Below, in pieces: positions 41,567 to 50,796 of a DNA stretch of 64,000 nt (position 1 is its first letter; each line of letters opens with the position of its first letter). Source of the stretch: an uncultured Bacillales bacterium (lineage in GTDB: Bacteria > Bacillota_I > Bacilli_A > RF39 > UBA660); NCBI GenBank assembly GCA_905206805.1, contig CAJLIR010000001.1, positions 3,198 to 67,197 on the forward strand. The letters are read 5' to 3'. The notes under the pieces are model-generated. The model saw only the letters and a program-made list of their open reading frames with translations. It was not told the DNA's origin and did no database searches. The translations under genes were made by a program, and so were the position numbers.

Positions 41567-42331
41567 ATGGAAGAGAAAAAATTAGATTTAAGTATAGCTA
41601 CTATATTACAAATTTTAACAGTTTCATTAACAGGATTAACATTATTTTGTACATTTATAGATTATATAAGTCAAATGATATGGTTTGATTATTGGAGTAT
41701 AGATAAAGCTTTTTTTAATCAAAACTTATCAAACATTACAAATAACCTAATATATTATTTTTTTGTTACACTAATTTTACTGTTTCCATTTATTAAATAT
41801 TTTAAAAATCTTTATTATAAAGAAAAACTCAGTAGTCGAATTAAATCATATATTTTATTTACTGTCATTTATACATTCTTTTTTATACAAAATACAGCAA
41901 TTTTTAATTCTAAAAATGAAGAATTTCTTGTATATTTTTTTGGTTTATTATTGTGTTTAAAACTAATGAAAATATATATATATAAAATTATTAAATTCAT
42001 TGATAAAATGAAAGAAAAGGACTATATTTTTATTACATATAGAGAAATAATAGAAAATATATTAATATTTTTTGTAGTAATATTCATATCATTTTCTCTA
42101 ATAGGTTTACTTAAACCTTTTTTAAAAAGAGATTATAAAATTATTGATAATGATAATTCTTGCAATACAATTTTATATTCTACGCAGGATTATTACATAG
42201 TAGCAGAATGTAAAATTGAACAAAATGATTTAATTATTTATAAAGATTTACAAAGAAAAATAGATAATTATGACATCGCTTATCAAACAAGAAATTTTAA
42301 TTCTATAAAAATAAAAACTTCGAAATATTAG
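41567..42331 (+). CDS. Hypothetical membrane protein.
   Basis: An RBS AGGAGG lies upstream of the ATG at 41567. Several TM helices and no recognised motifs. Confidence 0.4.
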   Translation: MEEKKLDLSIATILQILTVSLTGLTLFCTFIDYISQMIWFDYWSIDKAFFNQNLSNITNNLIYYFFVTLILLFPFIKYFKNLYYKEKLSSRIKSYILFTVIYTFFFIQNTAIFNSKNEEFLVYFFGLLLCLKLMKIYIYKIIKFIDKMKEKDYIFITYREIIENILIFFVVIFISFSLIGLLKPFLKRDYKIIDNDNSCNTILYSTQDYYIVAECKIEQNDLIIYKDLQRKIDNYDIAYQTRNFNSIKIKTSKY

Positions 42332-42381
42332 TTCTATTCTAATATTTTTTTTATAAAATCATATAATTAATTGGTGATATT

Positions 42382-43146
42382 ATGGACAAAGCTACAATTT
42401 ATTCATTTTTGCTTACAACTATTGCAGGATTATCAACAATTATTGGTAGTTTAATTATATTTATAAAAAAATATGATAAAGATAAAATTATATGTGCTTC
42501 ATTAAGTTTTGCATCTGCTGTTATGATAACTGTGTCATTAACTGATTTAATTCCATCAGCACTTAGTCTTTTTAGAGAAAAATATGTAACAATTTTTTCT
42601 ATTATTTTATTATTGATAGGCATTAATTTAGGATTAATTTTATCTTTTTTAATAGATAAATATTTACCTGATAATGATTTAAAAACAAATAATAAAAAAT
42701 TATATAGAGTAGGGATAATTTCGATGTTAGCAATTATTTTACATAATATTCCTGAAGGTATGGCAACATTTATGGCGAGTAATACCGATATTAGTCTTGG
42801 TATTTCATTAACTATTGCAATAGCTTTACATAATATACCAGAAGGAATTAGTATATCAGTACCAATTTATTATGCAACAAATAGTAAAATAAAAGCTATA
42901 TCTTATACTGCTCTATCTGGATTATCAGAATTATTTGGTGCAATAATAACATATCTTTTTTTAAAACCATTTATTAACGATATAATTATGGGATTATTAT
43001 TTTCTATAATTGCTGGTATAATGATGCACATATCACTATACGAATTATTTCCAACGTCATTAAAACTAAATAATAAAAAAATAACTATTTTTTCTTTTAT
43101 TTTTGGAATATTATTTATGACTATTAATCATTTAATTTTTAATTAA
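42382..43146 (+). CDS. zupT: ZIP-family zinc transporter ZupT.
   Basis: HNIPEGMA and HNIPEGISIS motifs within TM helices. Length 254 aa. Confidence 0.85.
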   Translation: MDKATIYSFLLTTIAGLSTIIGSLIIFIKKYDKDKIICASLSFASAVMITVSLTDLIPSALSLFREKYVTIFSIILLLIGINLGLILSFLIDKYLPDNDLKTNNKKLYRVGIISMLAIILHNIPEGMATFMASNTDISLGISLTIAIALHNIPEGISISVPIYYATNSKIKAISYTALSGLSELFGAIITYLFLKPFINDIIMGLLFSIIAGIMMHISLYELFPTSLKLNNKKITIFSFIFGILFMTINHLIFN

Positions 43147-43162
43147 AATAGAGTAGGGAATA

Positions 43163-43192
43163 ATAAAAAGAGACATTTGTCTCTTTATTTGG
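43163..43192. terminator. Rho-independent terminator after zupT.
   Basis: AAAGAGACA-ttt-GTCTCTTT followed by ATTT. Confidence 0.6.
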
Positions 43193-43194
43193 GT

Positions 43195-43361
43195 TATCTG
43201 CAATCTTTATTATCAAAATTATTGTTTTTGCAGTTAGTAATTATATTGTTTGATTCATTAGTAAATCCAACATTGTCATTATGACGAGCATTACTGTTAG
43301 CTGTGTTACTAATTTTATTATTTTTAGTAGCTTTTGATTGCATTTTACTATTCTTTTTCAT
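43195..43361 (-). CDS. Possible small N/K-rich protein of 55 aa.
   Basis: ATG with an upstream GGGTGA RBS, translating to MKKNSKMQSKATKNNKISNTANSNARHNDNVGFTNESNNIITNCKNNNFDNKDCR. Not in the ORF track because it is under 60 aa. Confidence 0.25.
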
Positions 43362-43413
43362 TCTTGATCACCCAATAATATTATTAACCATTATCAATTA
43401 AATATTCATTTTT

Positions 43414-43529
43414 TATGCAAATAAAATTAAAATTAAAATTGTAATGACTATTGTTGCTATAATTAATGCTAAAAAGGCGTACAATAATTTTCCTACACTA
43501 GAACGTATAATACTTTTAATATATTCCAT
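43414..43529 (-). CDS. Possible 38-aa hydrophobic peptide (small membrane protein or type I toxin-like).
   Basis: RBS AAGGAAG lies 9 nt upstream of the ATG. Translation MEYIKSIIRSSVGKLLYAFLALIIATIVITILILILFA. Confidence 0.3.
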
Positions 43530-43898
43530 TTTTAAATCTTCCTTATTATCATTAGTTAACATAATATAAATTATACGAAGTAAATAATATAATCATTTAT
43601 ATATATATGTTAATCAAATCATTAATATAAAACCAATTAATATTACTATATAAATATATATAATTTTTTAATAAAATTATATATTATGAACATAATATTA
43701 ATATCTTACTATGTATATAATAATTCATAAAATACTATATTTATTTAACAAATTTTACTGCTAAATATCATTTAAATTAATATAATTAATATAATAGATG
43801 TATTATAATTCAACTACAATAATTATTTTGTTAAAACTCTAGTAAAACATCAATAAAAACTAATAGGGGACATTTATATATAATTCCCCTATTTTCTA

Positions 43899-44675
43899 TT
43901 AATTTACTTTTCTAGATTGAATTTCAGCTATTTTTTCAAAAACTTCTGCTGCATTTTGACTACTAATTTCATTATAACCAAGTTCTCTTAATGCTTGAAC
44001 TTTTATTGTGTTTAATTCAAGTGTACGACTCATTTTTTCTTCCATCTTATGTTCAATTTGATTTACAAAACGTTTATGAGATTCAGCCAATCTAGTTTTA
44101 GAAGCACCACCATTATTATATAAGGACATTGCTGAGAACATTATACTTTCAAAAATAAATTGTTCATCTTCATTAAATGCAAATTCAGTTGGTTTAATTG
44201 CTCCGGTAGCTTTAGCCATATAAGCCAAAATATATTTTAGTTCTTTACTTGTTTCCATAGTTTGTAAATAATAATACAAATATCTATAAGCATTATATGT
44301 ATCTGAATCATTATCATCATCAAGATTTTCCCTTAATAATTCAATTATATTATGCAATAATTCTTTTTGCTTTTTTCCAATTCCATTATATAAATTACTA
44401 TCTACAACTTCACTTTTTTGAGAATTATCAAATAAACTATTTAACCTTGTTTCGACACTTAAAATATAATCTGTGTCTACTTTTATATTCTGAACATCTT
44501 CTGCTGATTTAACCCCTAATAAATTTAGTAATAAAACTTTTTTATCTTTTGGCCATTTATTAATATCATCTAACTCCAAATAATTATAAATCATTTGTCT
44601 TGATACACCTAATACTTTTGCTAATTTAACTTTTGATATTCCTAGTTCGTGTAATATATCATTTAGTCTATTCAT
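43899..44675 (-). CDS. XRE-family helix-turn-helix transcriptional regulator with an uncharacterised C-terminal domain.
   Basis: N-terminal HTH LNDILHELGISKVKLAKVLGVSRQMIYNYLE. RBS AGGAGGG precedes the ATG at 44675. Confidence 0.75.
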   Translation of the reverse strand: MNRLNDILHELGISKVKLAKVLGVSRQMIYNYLELDDINKWPKDKKVLLLNLLGVKSAEDVQNIKVDTDYILSVETRLNSLFDNSQKSEVVDSNLYNGIGKKQKELLHNIIELLRENLDDDNDSDTYNAYRYLYYYLQTMETSKELKYILAYMAKATGAIKPTEFAFNEDEQFIFESIMFSAMSLYNNGGASKTRLAESHKRFVNQIEHKMEEKMSRTLELNTIKVQALRELGYNEISSQNAAEVFEKIAEIQSRKVN

Positions 44676-44748
44676 CTTGTACCCTCCTAATATCATTTTA
44701 TCATTTATATGTCAAATGTCAAGTGTAAAGCTTTAGTCTAGTAATTTT

Positions 44749-45855
44749 TTATAAGTACCATAGTTTTTGACCATTTTTTCTTACTTCTTTTATTATGCCA
44801 CCACCTAAACATTCATCGTTTTCATAAAAAACACATGCTTGTCCTGGTGTAACTGATTTAACTCCTTGTGGATATTTAACAATTATATTAAAATTATCTA
44901 AATATTCTAATTTAACTTGATTATCTGTTTGGCGGTATCTAAATTTTGCAGTACATTCAAGTGGTTTATGATCACTTATCCAATTTACTTGTTCAATAAC
45001 TGCTTCAGTACTGATTAAATAATCATTTTTTTCATTAAATGCAACATATAAAATATTTTTATCTAGATTTTTTCCAACAACAAATAATTTATCATTATTT
45101 CCACCTAAATTTAATCCTTTTCTTTGACCAATTGTATAATACATTAATCCAATATGTTCCCCTACTACCTCATTTGTATCAATATTTAGTATTTTACCAG
45201 GTATATTCGGCAAATAATTTTTTAAAAAATCCTTGAAATTTCTTTCTCCAATAAAACAAATACCTGTTGAATCTTTTTTGTGAGCAGTTATTAAATCATA
45301 TTTTTCAGCTATTTTTCTAACAACTGGTTTTTCTAATTCCCCAACTGGAAATAATACATTTTCTAATTGTTTGTTAGATAATTGTGATAAAAAATACGAT
45401 TGGTCCTTATTATTATCTAACCCTCTATATAGTTTACCGTCTTTAACTCGTGCGTAATGACCTGTTGCTATATAATCAGCACCTAATTTTTTTGCTTCTT
45501 TTACAAATGCATCAAATTTAATATATTTGTTACACATAATATCAGGATTAGGCGTTCTTCCTTTTTTTAATTCATCTAGAAAATATGTAAAAACATAATC
45601 CCAATATTCTTTTACAAAATCTATTCTATGTAAAGGAATGTTAAGTTTTTTACAAACTGATAAAGCATCATTATAATCCTGTTCTTGAGGACAAATATTA
45701 TTATTTAGTGTTGGATTTCCTAGAATATCATTATTTATAGAACTATCCCAATTTCTCATAAATAAGCCGATTACATTGTAACCTTCCTCTATTAATTTAA
45801 TAGCAGCAACGCTACTATCTACTCCACCACTCATACCTACTACTACGGTTTTCAT
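44749..45855 (-). CDS. mnmA: tRNA-specific 2-thiouridylase.
   Basis: PP-loop motif VGMSGGVDSS and catalytic Cys residues. Length 368 aa. Confidence 0.9.
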   Translation of the reverse strand: MKTVVVGMSGGVDSSVAAIKLIEEGYNVIGLFMRNWDSSINNDILGNPTLNNNICPQEQDYNDALSVCKKLNIPLHRIDFVKEYWDYVFTYFLDELKKGRTPNPDIMCNKYIKFDAFVKEAKKLGADYIATGHYARVKDGKLYRGLDNNKDQSYFLSQLSNKQLENVLFPVGELEKPVVRKIAEKYDLITAHKKDSTGICFIGERNFKDFLKNYLPNIPGKILNIDTNEVVGEHIGLMYYTIGQRKGLNLGGNNDKLFVVGKNLDKNILYVAFNEKNDYLISTEAVIEQVNWISDHKPLECTAKFRYRQTDNQVKLEYLDNFNIIVKYPQGVKSVTPGQACVFYENDECLGGGIIKEVRKNGQKLWYL

Positions 45856-45942
45856 CCAATCATTCCCTTCACTAGAAATTTACAGTATTATTATAGCACT
45901 ATTTGAAATATATGTAAAATTATAAAAAAGCCATAAGGCTTT

Positions 45943-46569
45943 TTACAAAAATGATATTACTAATTTAATAATATGTGGTGTTATAAAAATTTCTATAGTT
46001 GATGTTAATATTACAGAAATTAAACAGATTATTAATACCTTCAAATATTTATTCATTATAAATTTAAAATCAAGTGTTTGTTTTTTTATAATTGTTTGGA
46101 TCATCTTTAATGATAAAGATATAGAATACATTGCAAGAAAAATATATACAAAAATATTTATAATCATATGCGGAAATATATAGGCAAGCGCTAATAAACA
46201 ACCTTTTAATTTATAATTAACTATTATGCTAGCAATAGAAAACCCCATTATAAATGTTTTTGAAAAAAATATAAATATAGTAATAGGAAGTCCAATTATC
46301 GAAATTCCTAATAACCAAATAAGTAAAATATAGCCAACATTGGATATTATCGAATTGATAAAACTTGCATTATAATCTAAACTATTATTTTGAATATTAT
46401 AAATAAAATTATTTAAAAATTCACTCACTAATTTACTATCATCTGAATTTAAGGCAATGTTTAAAATTGTGCCAATAATTACTCCGATTATTCCAATTAT
46501 ACTTAGAAAAATTAACATATTTTTATTAGTTTTAATATTGCTTTTAATCTTGTCCAATAATTTTTTCAT
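45943..46569 (-). CDS. spoIIM: Stage II sporulation protein M-like membrane protein.
   Basis: A 208-aa polytopic protein. N-terminal pattern MKKLLDKIKSNIKTNKNMLIFLSIIGIIGVIIG is typical of SpoIIM/DUF95. Confidence 0.55.
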   Translation of the reverse strand: MKKLLDKIKSNIKTNKNMLIFLSIIGIIGVIIGTILNIALNSDDSKLVSEFLNNFIYNIQNNSLDYNASFINSIISNVGYILLIWLLGISIIGLPITIFIFFSKTFIMGFSIASIIVNYKLKGCLLALAYIFPHMIINIFVYIFLAMYSISLSLKMIQTIIKKQTLDFKFIMNKYLKVLIICLISVILTSTIEIFITPHIIKLVISFL

Positions 46570-46657
46570 ATCATCACCTATAAAATAATATTTAAAATTA
46601 TAATTAATATTCCAAAAAATTAAAATATATAGTATAATTTATGTTGAGGTGTTATCA

Positions 46658-46744
46658 TGAACGAAAAATTTAAAAAAGCTATGGTAATTTTTATGCTAGT
46701 TGCTGTTATTGCAATGTTTGTATCATCTTTAATATTTATTTAAA
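46658..46744 (+). CDS. Possible 28-aa hydrophobic peptide with its own terminator.
   Basis: RBS GAGGTG plus ATG, translating to MNEKFKKAMVIFMLVAVIAMFVSSLIFI. A strong terminator follows it. Confidence 0.3.
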
Positions 46745-46779
46745 AAAATTAAAAAACTACTAACAAAGTGGTTAAATAA

Positions 46780-46822
46780 AAAACTGATATTTTGAGCTTT
46801 ACTCTCTGTATCAGTTTTTTAT
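46780..46822 (+). terminator. Rho-independent terminator.
   Basis: AAAAACTGATA-ttttgagctttactctctg-TATCAGTTTTTT. Confidence 0.7.
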
Positions 46823-46863
46823 TTAACAAATATTAAGATATTAATTTATTCCTACTTATAATC

Positions 46864-47265
46864 TTATTTTAACTTTGAATTAATTAATTTTCTGATTGCT
46901 TCAATTTCCTCATATTTATCATCTATTTCATTTTTATAATTCTTAGATATTTTATAAATAGTAATTAATGCGGATATATATGATGAAATCGATACAATAA
47001 TTCCTAGTGTAGAAAATCCTTGTATTATTAAAAATAGTCCGAAAATTAATAAGATTAAAAATGTTATTGATAAAATAATTAATTGTAATTTGTTTTTGTG
47101 CTCTTGCTCTAATTCAGTAATTCTTAATTTAAGATAATCTAATTGTTCATCTTTAGTCAACTGCATTTTTTCCATATTGGCTAATACATTATTATAAACT
47201 ATTTGACTTTTAGATTCATCTTTACTTCCAATGCTTATATTTATACTACCCTTTTCCTTTTTCAT
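46864..47265 (-). CDS. Hypothetical protein with a coiled-coil N-terminus and a C-terminal TM helix.
   Basis: 133 aa. A consensus TTGACT-17-TATAAT promoter and a GAGGGA RBS lie upstream. Confidence 0.45.
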   Translation of the reverse strand: MKKEKGSINISIGSKDESKSQIVYNNVLANMEKMQLTKDEQLDYLKLRITELEQEHKNKLQLIILSITFLILLIFGLFLIIQGFSTLGIIVSISSYISALITIYKISKNYKNEIDDKYEEIEAIRKLINSKLK

Positions 47266-47440
47266 ATAATCCCTCTTTCTTGAGGTATTATTATATATTT
47301 TTTATGTATAAAAGTCAATAAAAATTACTATTTTACAATAGTTACCCAAACAAATTAATAAATTTAATACTATATTCTAAAATACAGGTATTAAATTTAA
47401 TTTTTTATAATTATTTAGCTTCATATTTCTAAATTATTAT

Positions 47441-47512
47441 TTTCTTTTTTTCGCAAAATCACATAAACCACACCAAATAACAAGTGCTATTATTAAAATT
47501 GTTCCCATTTTA
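47441..47512 (-). CDS. Possible 23-aa Cys-containing hydrophobic peptide.
   Basis: Strong RBS AAGGAGGAT followed by ATG. Translation MGTILIIALVIWCGLCDFAKKRK. It lies divergent to the repeat array. Confidence 0.3.
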
Positions 47513-47541
47513 CTATATATATCCTCCTTAATTTTGTTTAA

Positions 47542-47709
47542 ATTTTAATACAATTTAATATAACATAGATTTAAAACTAAAGTACAATTAAAAAGAATTA
47601 AAGAACTGTTTTAATACCATTTAAGATGACATAGATCTAAAACATATCGAATAAGACCAGTCTGTAGATAATTGTTTTAATACCATTTAAGATGACATAG
47701 AGAGTTAAA
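47542..47709 (+). CRISPR. CRISPR-like mini-array: three 36-nt direct repeats and two 30-nt spacers. It is orphan, with no cas genes in the window.
   Basis: Repeat 1 at 47608-47643 is GTTTTAATACCATTTAAGATGACATAGATCTAAAAC. Repeat 2 at 47674-47709 matches it at 29 of 36 positions and is degenerate at its 3' end. Repeat 0 at 47542-47577 matches at 31 of 36. The period is exactly 66 nt, with spacers at 47578-47607 and 47644-47673. Confidence 0.45.
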
Positions 47710-47746
47710 ATAAAGCTTTAAGCCTAAATGCTCACATTATGTGTTC

Positions 47747-47768
47747 GACTGTTTAGCAGTCTTTTTTT
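47747..47768 (+). terminator. Short hairpin and T7 tract downstream of the repeat array.
   Basis: GACTG-tttag-CAGTC followed by TTTTTTT. Confidence 0.4.
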
Positions 47769-47876
47769 ATGTCTTCAACTTAATAAAAAAGCTACTACAA
47801 AAACTTTTCAAGTCTGTACTAGCCCTTAAACAATTTAATTTTATCATTTTATACGACATATTTCAACAAATTTCGC

Positions 47877-48572
47877 TTAAGAATTATATTTTTTACGTCC
47901 TTTAAAAAATATCTTACAAATTTTTATAGAATCCTTTATTGGATTAAATCTTGAATGTTTATTTTTATTTATATAAACTGTATTAATAGTAATTTCAATT
48001 ATGTTAATATGTTTTTTTATGCAATAAATTAATACATTAGTTTCAAAATCAAATTTATTACCATCTAAATAACATAACTCTTTAATTAAACTATTTGGAT
48101 ATATTCTAAGTCCTGTTTGAGTATCTGATATATATTTTTTATAGAATATTTTAAACATTCTTGATGTAATTTTATTTCCAAGTTTAGATTTTAATGGAAC
48201 AATCTTTAAATTAAAATTTCTAACACCTAATATTAAACTATTATTATCGAAAAAATTCATTAATTTAAAAGTATCTTCTATTAAATGTTGCGAGTCATCA
48301 TCTAAGGTTATAATTCCATCATATTTATCTTTTAAATTTCTTATATAATATCTAAATCCAGTTTTTAATGCTGCACCTTTTCCTAAATTAATTTGATGAG
48401 TTAAAATGGTACAGTACTTTAAATTTTTTAAATCTTCAAATATTTTTTTATCTTTAGATCCATCATCAACAATTAAGATTTTTAAAAAACCACTTTTATA
48501 TAAGTCTTTAACATACTGAATTAATGAGTTTGTGGGATTAAATGATGGAATAAGCGGTATAATTTTTTTCAT
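47877..48572 (-). CDS. Family 2 glycosyltransferase.
   Basis: GT-A fold signature ...ILIVDDGSKD... and a DxD-type motif ITLDDDSQH. Length 231 aa. Confidence 0.8.
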   Translation of the reverse strand: MKKIIPLIPSFNPTNSLIQYVKDLYKSGFLKILIVDDGSKDKKIFEDLKNLKYCTILTHQINLGKGAALKTGFRYYIRNLKDKYDGIITLDDDSQHLIEDTFKLMNFFDNNSLILGVRNFNLKIVPLKSKLGNKITSRMFKIFYKKYISDTQTGLRIYPNSLIKELCYLDGNKFDFETNVLIYCIKKHINIIEITINTVYINKNKHSRFNPIKDSIKICKIFFKGRKKYNS

Positions 48573-48574
48573 AG

Positions 48575-49846
48575 TTAATTCCCTTCTAATTCATTTAAAA
48601 TAGATTGTGCAATAGATTTAGCATATTTATCATTATTATTTTTAATATTAGTAACATCTTTTTTACTTGTTAAATAACCAAGTTCTAATAAATAGCTTTC
48701 CATTCCTACATTTGAATTGTAATAATAGTTATAAGCAGTACCATCCCTACCATCTTTATAAGCACCACTCATATATCCTCCAGTTTCACGAATAATAAAA
48801 TAATATGTAGTTTTTAGGTCTATATCATAAGGTTTATACCCTTGTGTTTTAGCTGTTTCACTAGCTTCACGTAAATCAATATCCTGAAGTGTTCTTGTAT
48901 AAACACCATTTTGAACTTTGAAAGAATTATTAGTTGAAAATTTTGTTCCAGAACTTTTTACAATATTACTAGCTAAAGAAGACGCAAACGAATAATCAAT
49001 ATTATAAGATGTATATATTTCAAGTCCAGAATCATTGTAATCATTGCTATTTAAATGGATTGCAAACAAATATTTTGCCTTACTATCATTTGCTATATTA
49101 ACTCTTCCATTTTTTCCATAATTTGGCAGCCTTTCTTCTGAACTTAGATCACCTCTAGTTAATTTAACCTTAAGTCCGTTTTTTTCTAATTCTTCTTTTA
49201 CTTTAGAACTAATTAAATAAGTAAAATCAGTTTCACAATAAGAATTACCACAAGCACCCTTATCAATACCACCATGTCCTGGATCTAACACAATATCATA
49301 TACTTCTTCGTTATTATCTTTTTTTACATTAAGATTTATAGTATCATTTTTATTTTGAAAATTATATTTTTTTTGAATATTATTTTTTCTAATTGAATAA
49401 TATTCGGTTTCTCCGTAATTTGTATTATTTTTTAATTTATAATATATAATATCATTTCCATTAATTAATTCTATATATAAGTTATAATTTCCTACATCTA
49501 AGTTATCAATTAAATAACCATTATTTATTTTATCACCGAGGTAAAAATTAATATTATTATTTTCAAATTCATAATTAAGTGGTACCTTTGTATCTTCCTC
49601 AGAATGAAATAATAAATTAATTTCATCAAAACTCAAATTTTCTTCTACATTACCTTTAATATTTAGATGATTTCCATAAATATAAATTTCTGAAATAAAT
49701 GCCACATTATCTGTTTCAATAATATATTTTTTAGGAAATAAGTTAAATAAAATTTTTATTCCACAAAACGTAATATATACAACTATTATAAAAATTATAA
49801 ATAATAATAGTAATTTTTTTGCTTTTTTTGATTTTTTCCTTTTCAT
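48575..49846 (-). CDS. N-acetylmuramoyl-L-alanine amidase (Amidase_3 domain) with an N-terminal TM anchor and an extra domain.
   Basis: C-terminal half carries VLDPGHGGIDKGA...E...H, the MurNAc-LAA zinc motif. Length 423 aa. Confidence 0.75.
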   Translation of the reverse strand: MKRKKSKKAKKLLLLFIIFIIVVYITFCGIKILFNLFPKKYIIETDNVAFISEIYIYGNHLNIKGNVEENLSFDEINLLFHSEEDTKVPLNYEFENNNINFYLGDKINNGYLIDNLDVGNYNLYIELINGNDIIYYKLKNNTNYGETEYYSIRKNNIQKKYNFQNKNDTINLNVKKDNNEEVYDIVLDPGHGGIDKGACGNSYCETDFTYLISSKVKEELEKNGLKVKLTRGDLSSEERLPNYGKNGRVNIANDSKAKYLFAIHLNSNDYNDSGLEIYTSYNIDYSFASSLASNIVKSSGTKFSTNNSFKVQNGVYTRTLQDIDLREASETAKTQGYKPYDIDLKTTYYFIIRETGGYMSGAYKDGRDGTAYNYYYNSNVGMESYLLELGYLTSKKDVTNIKNNNDKYAKSIAQSILNELEGN

Positions 49847-49910
49847 ATCATTACCTCAATATCATTATAACAAAAAAATTAGTAATCAATATACTAATTT
49901 AATAATTTTT

Positions 49911-50792
49911 TTAAGACTTTACATTATCAATTTCTATAATATCCATATCGTTATAATACAACGGGTTGAGTTTTTGTAAAAATTTTGGAGATGATGCTGA
50001 AAATTTAATAATTCCACCAGTTATAATTAAAACTATCTTTTTATTGTTAATAATGAATTCTTTCCTACCTCTTGTATTCTTTGGAAAAAATTTTTTTTGT
50101 GGACTTACTAAACCAATTGTAGTAGGTAATTTTTTCAAAAAAGGAAATAACAATCCATCATGCATGTGTCCAGATAAAATTAAATCAACTGAATTTATTA
50201 TTTTAATTTGTTCTAATGTTTTTTTCTTTATTTTAAGTGGAGAATGACACATCAAAATTGTATATTTATCTTTATTAATATTTTTAAATTTACAATTTAT
50301 TTCTTTAATTAATACTTCTTCACTTTCATGAGATTTAAAATAATCTCTACTTGGCGTATAACCAATAATATTAAAAAGATCATTCTCATATATTGAGTTA
50401 TCCAGTAAAATTACTCGATTATTTTTATTTTTTTTAATCATATTATGCCAATATTTAATGGATTCACTAGAAATATTACCTGTTTTATATTTTTTTAAAT
50501 TACAATAATCATGACTACTTATTGTAAGTAATGTAATAGCATATTTAGATAATTCATTTAAAAAGTTTAATAGAAGGATTTCATTTTCTTTTTTTTCTAA
50601 AACACTAAATTCATCTATAATATCACCACATATGCAAATAAAGTTTGGCTTTTGAATTTTAACATTATTTATAATATCATCTAAAATATTAATATTATAA
50701 TTATTGCATAAATGAATATCCGCAATTAATAATATTTTTTGTTTATTATTAATTTTTTTATTGATTAATTTATATTTTTTTATTTTTAACAT
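49911..50792 (-). CDS. Calcineurin-like metallophosphoesterase.
   Basis: Motifs DIHL, GDIID, and later GHMHDG. Likely start at MLKIKKY (50792). Confidence 0.7.
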   Translation of the reverse strand: MLKIKKYKLINKKINNKQKILLIADIHLCNNYNINILDDIINNVKIQKPNFICICGDIIDEFSVLEKKENEILLLNFLNELSKYAITLLTISSHDYCNLKKYKTGNISSESIKYWHNMIKKNKNNRVILLDNSIYENDLFNIIGYTPSRDYFKSHESEEVLIKEINCKFKNINKDKYTILMCHSPLKIKKKTLEQIKIINSVDLILSGHMHDGLLFPFLKKLPTTIGLVSPQKKFFPKNTRGRKEFIINNKKIVLIITGGIIKFSASSPKFLQKLNPLYYNDMDIIEIDNVKS

Positions 50793-50796
50793 AAAA

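Noticed and set aside
43540-43760. Candidate dif (XerCD) site at the strand-switch region.
   Set aside because: The best partial match (TATATA-TTATGAACATA) lacks a recognisable XerC arm. This is insufficient to call dif.
47270-47880. tracrRNA anti-repeat or cas genes near the repeat array.
   Set aside because: I found no segment complementary to the repeat and no Cas-like ORF nearby. The array is therefore called orphan or CRISPR-like, not a complete CRISPR-Cas locus.
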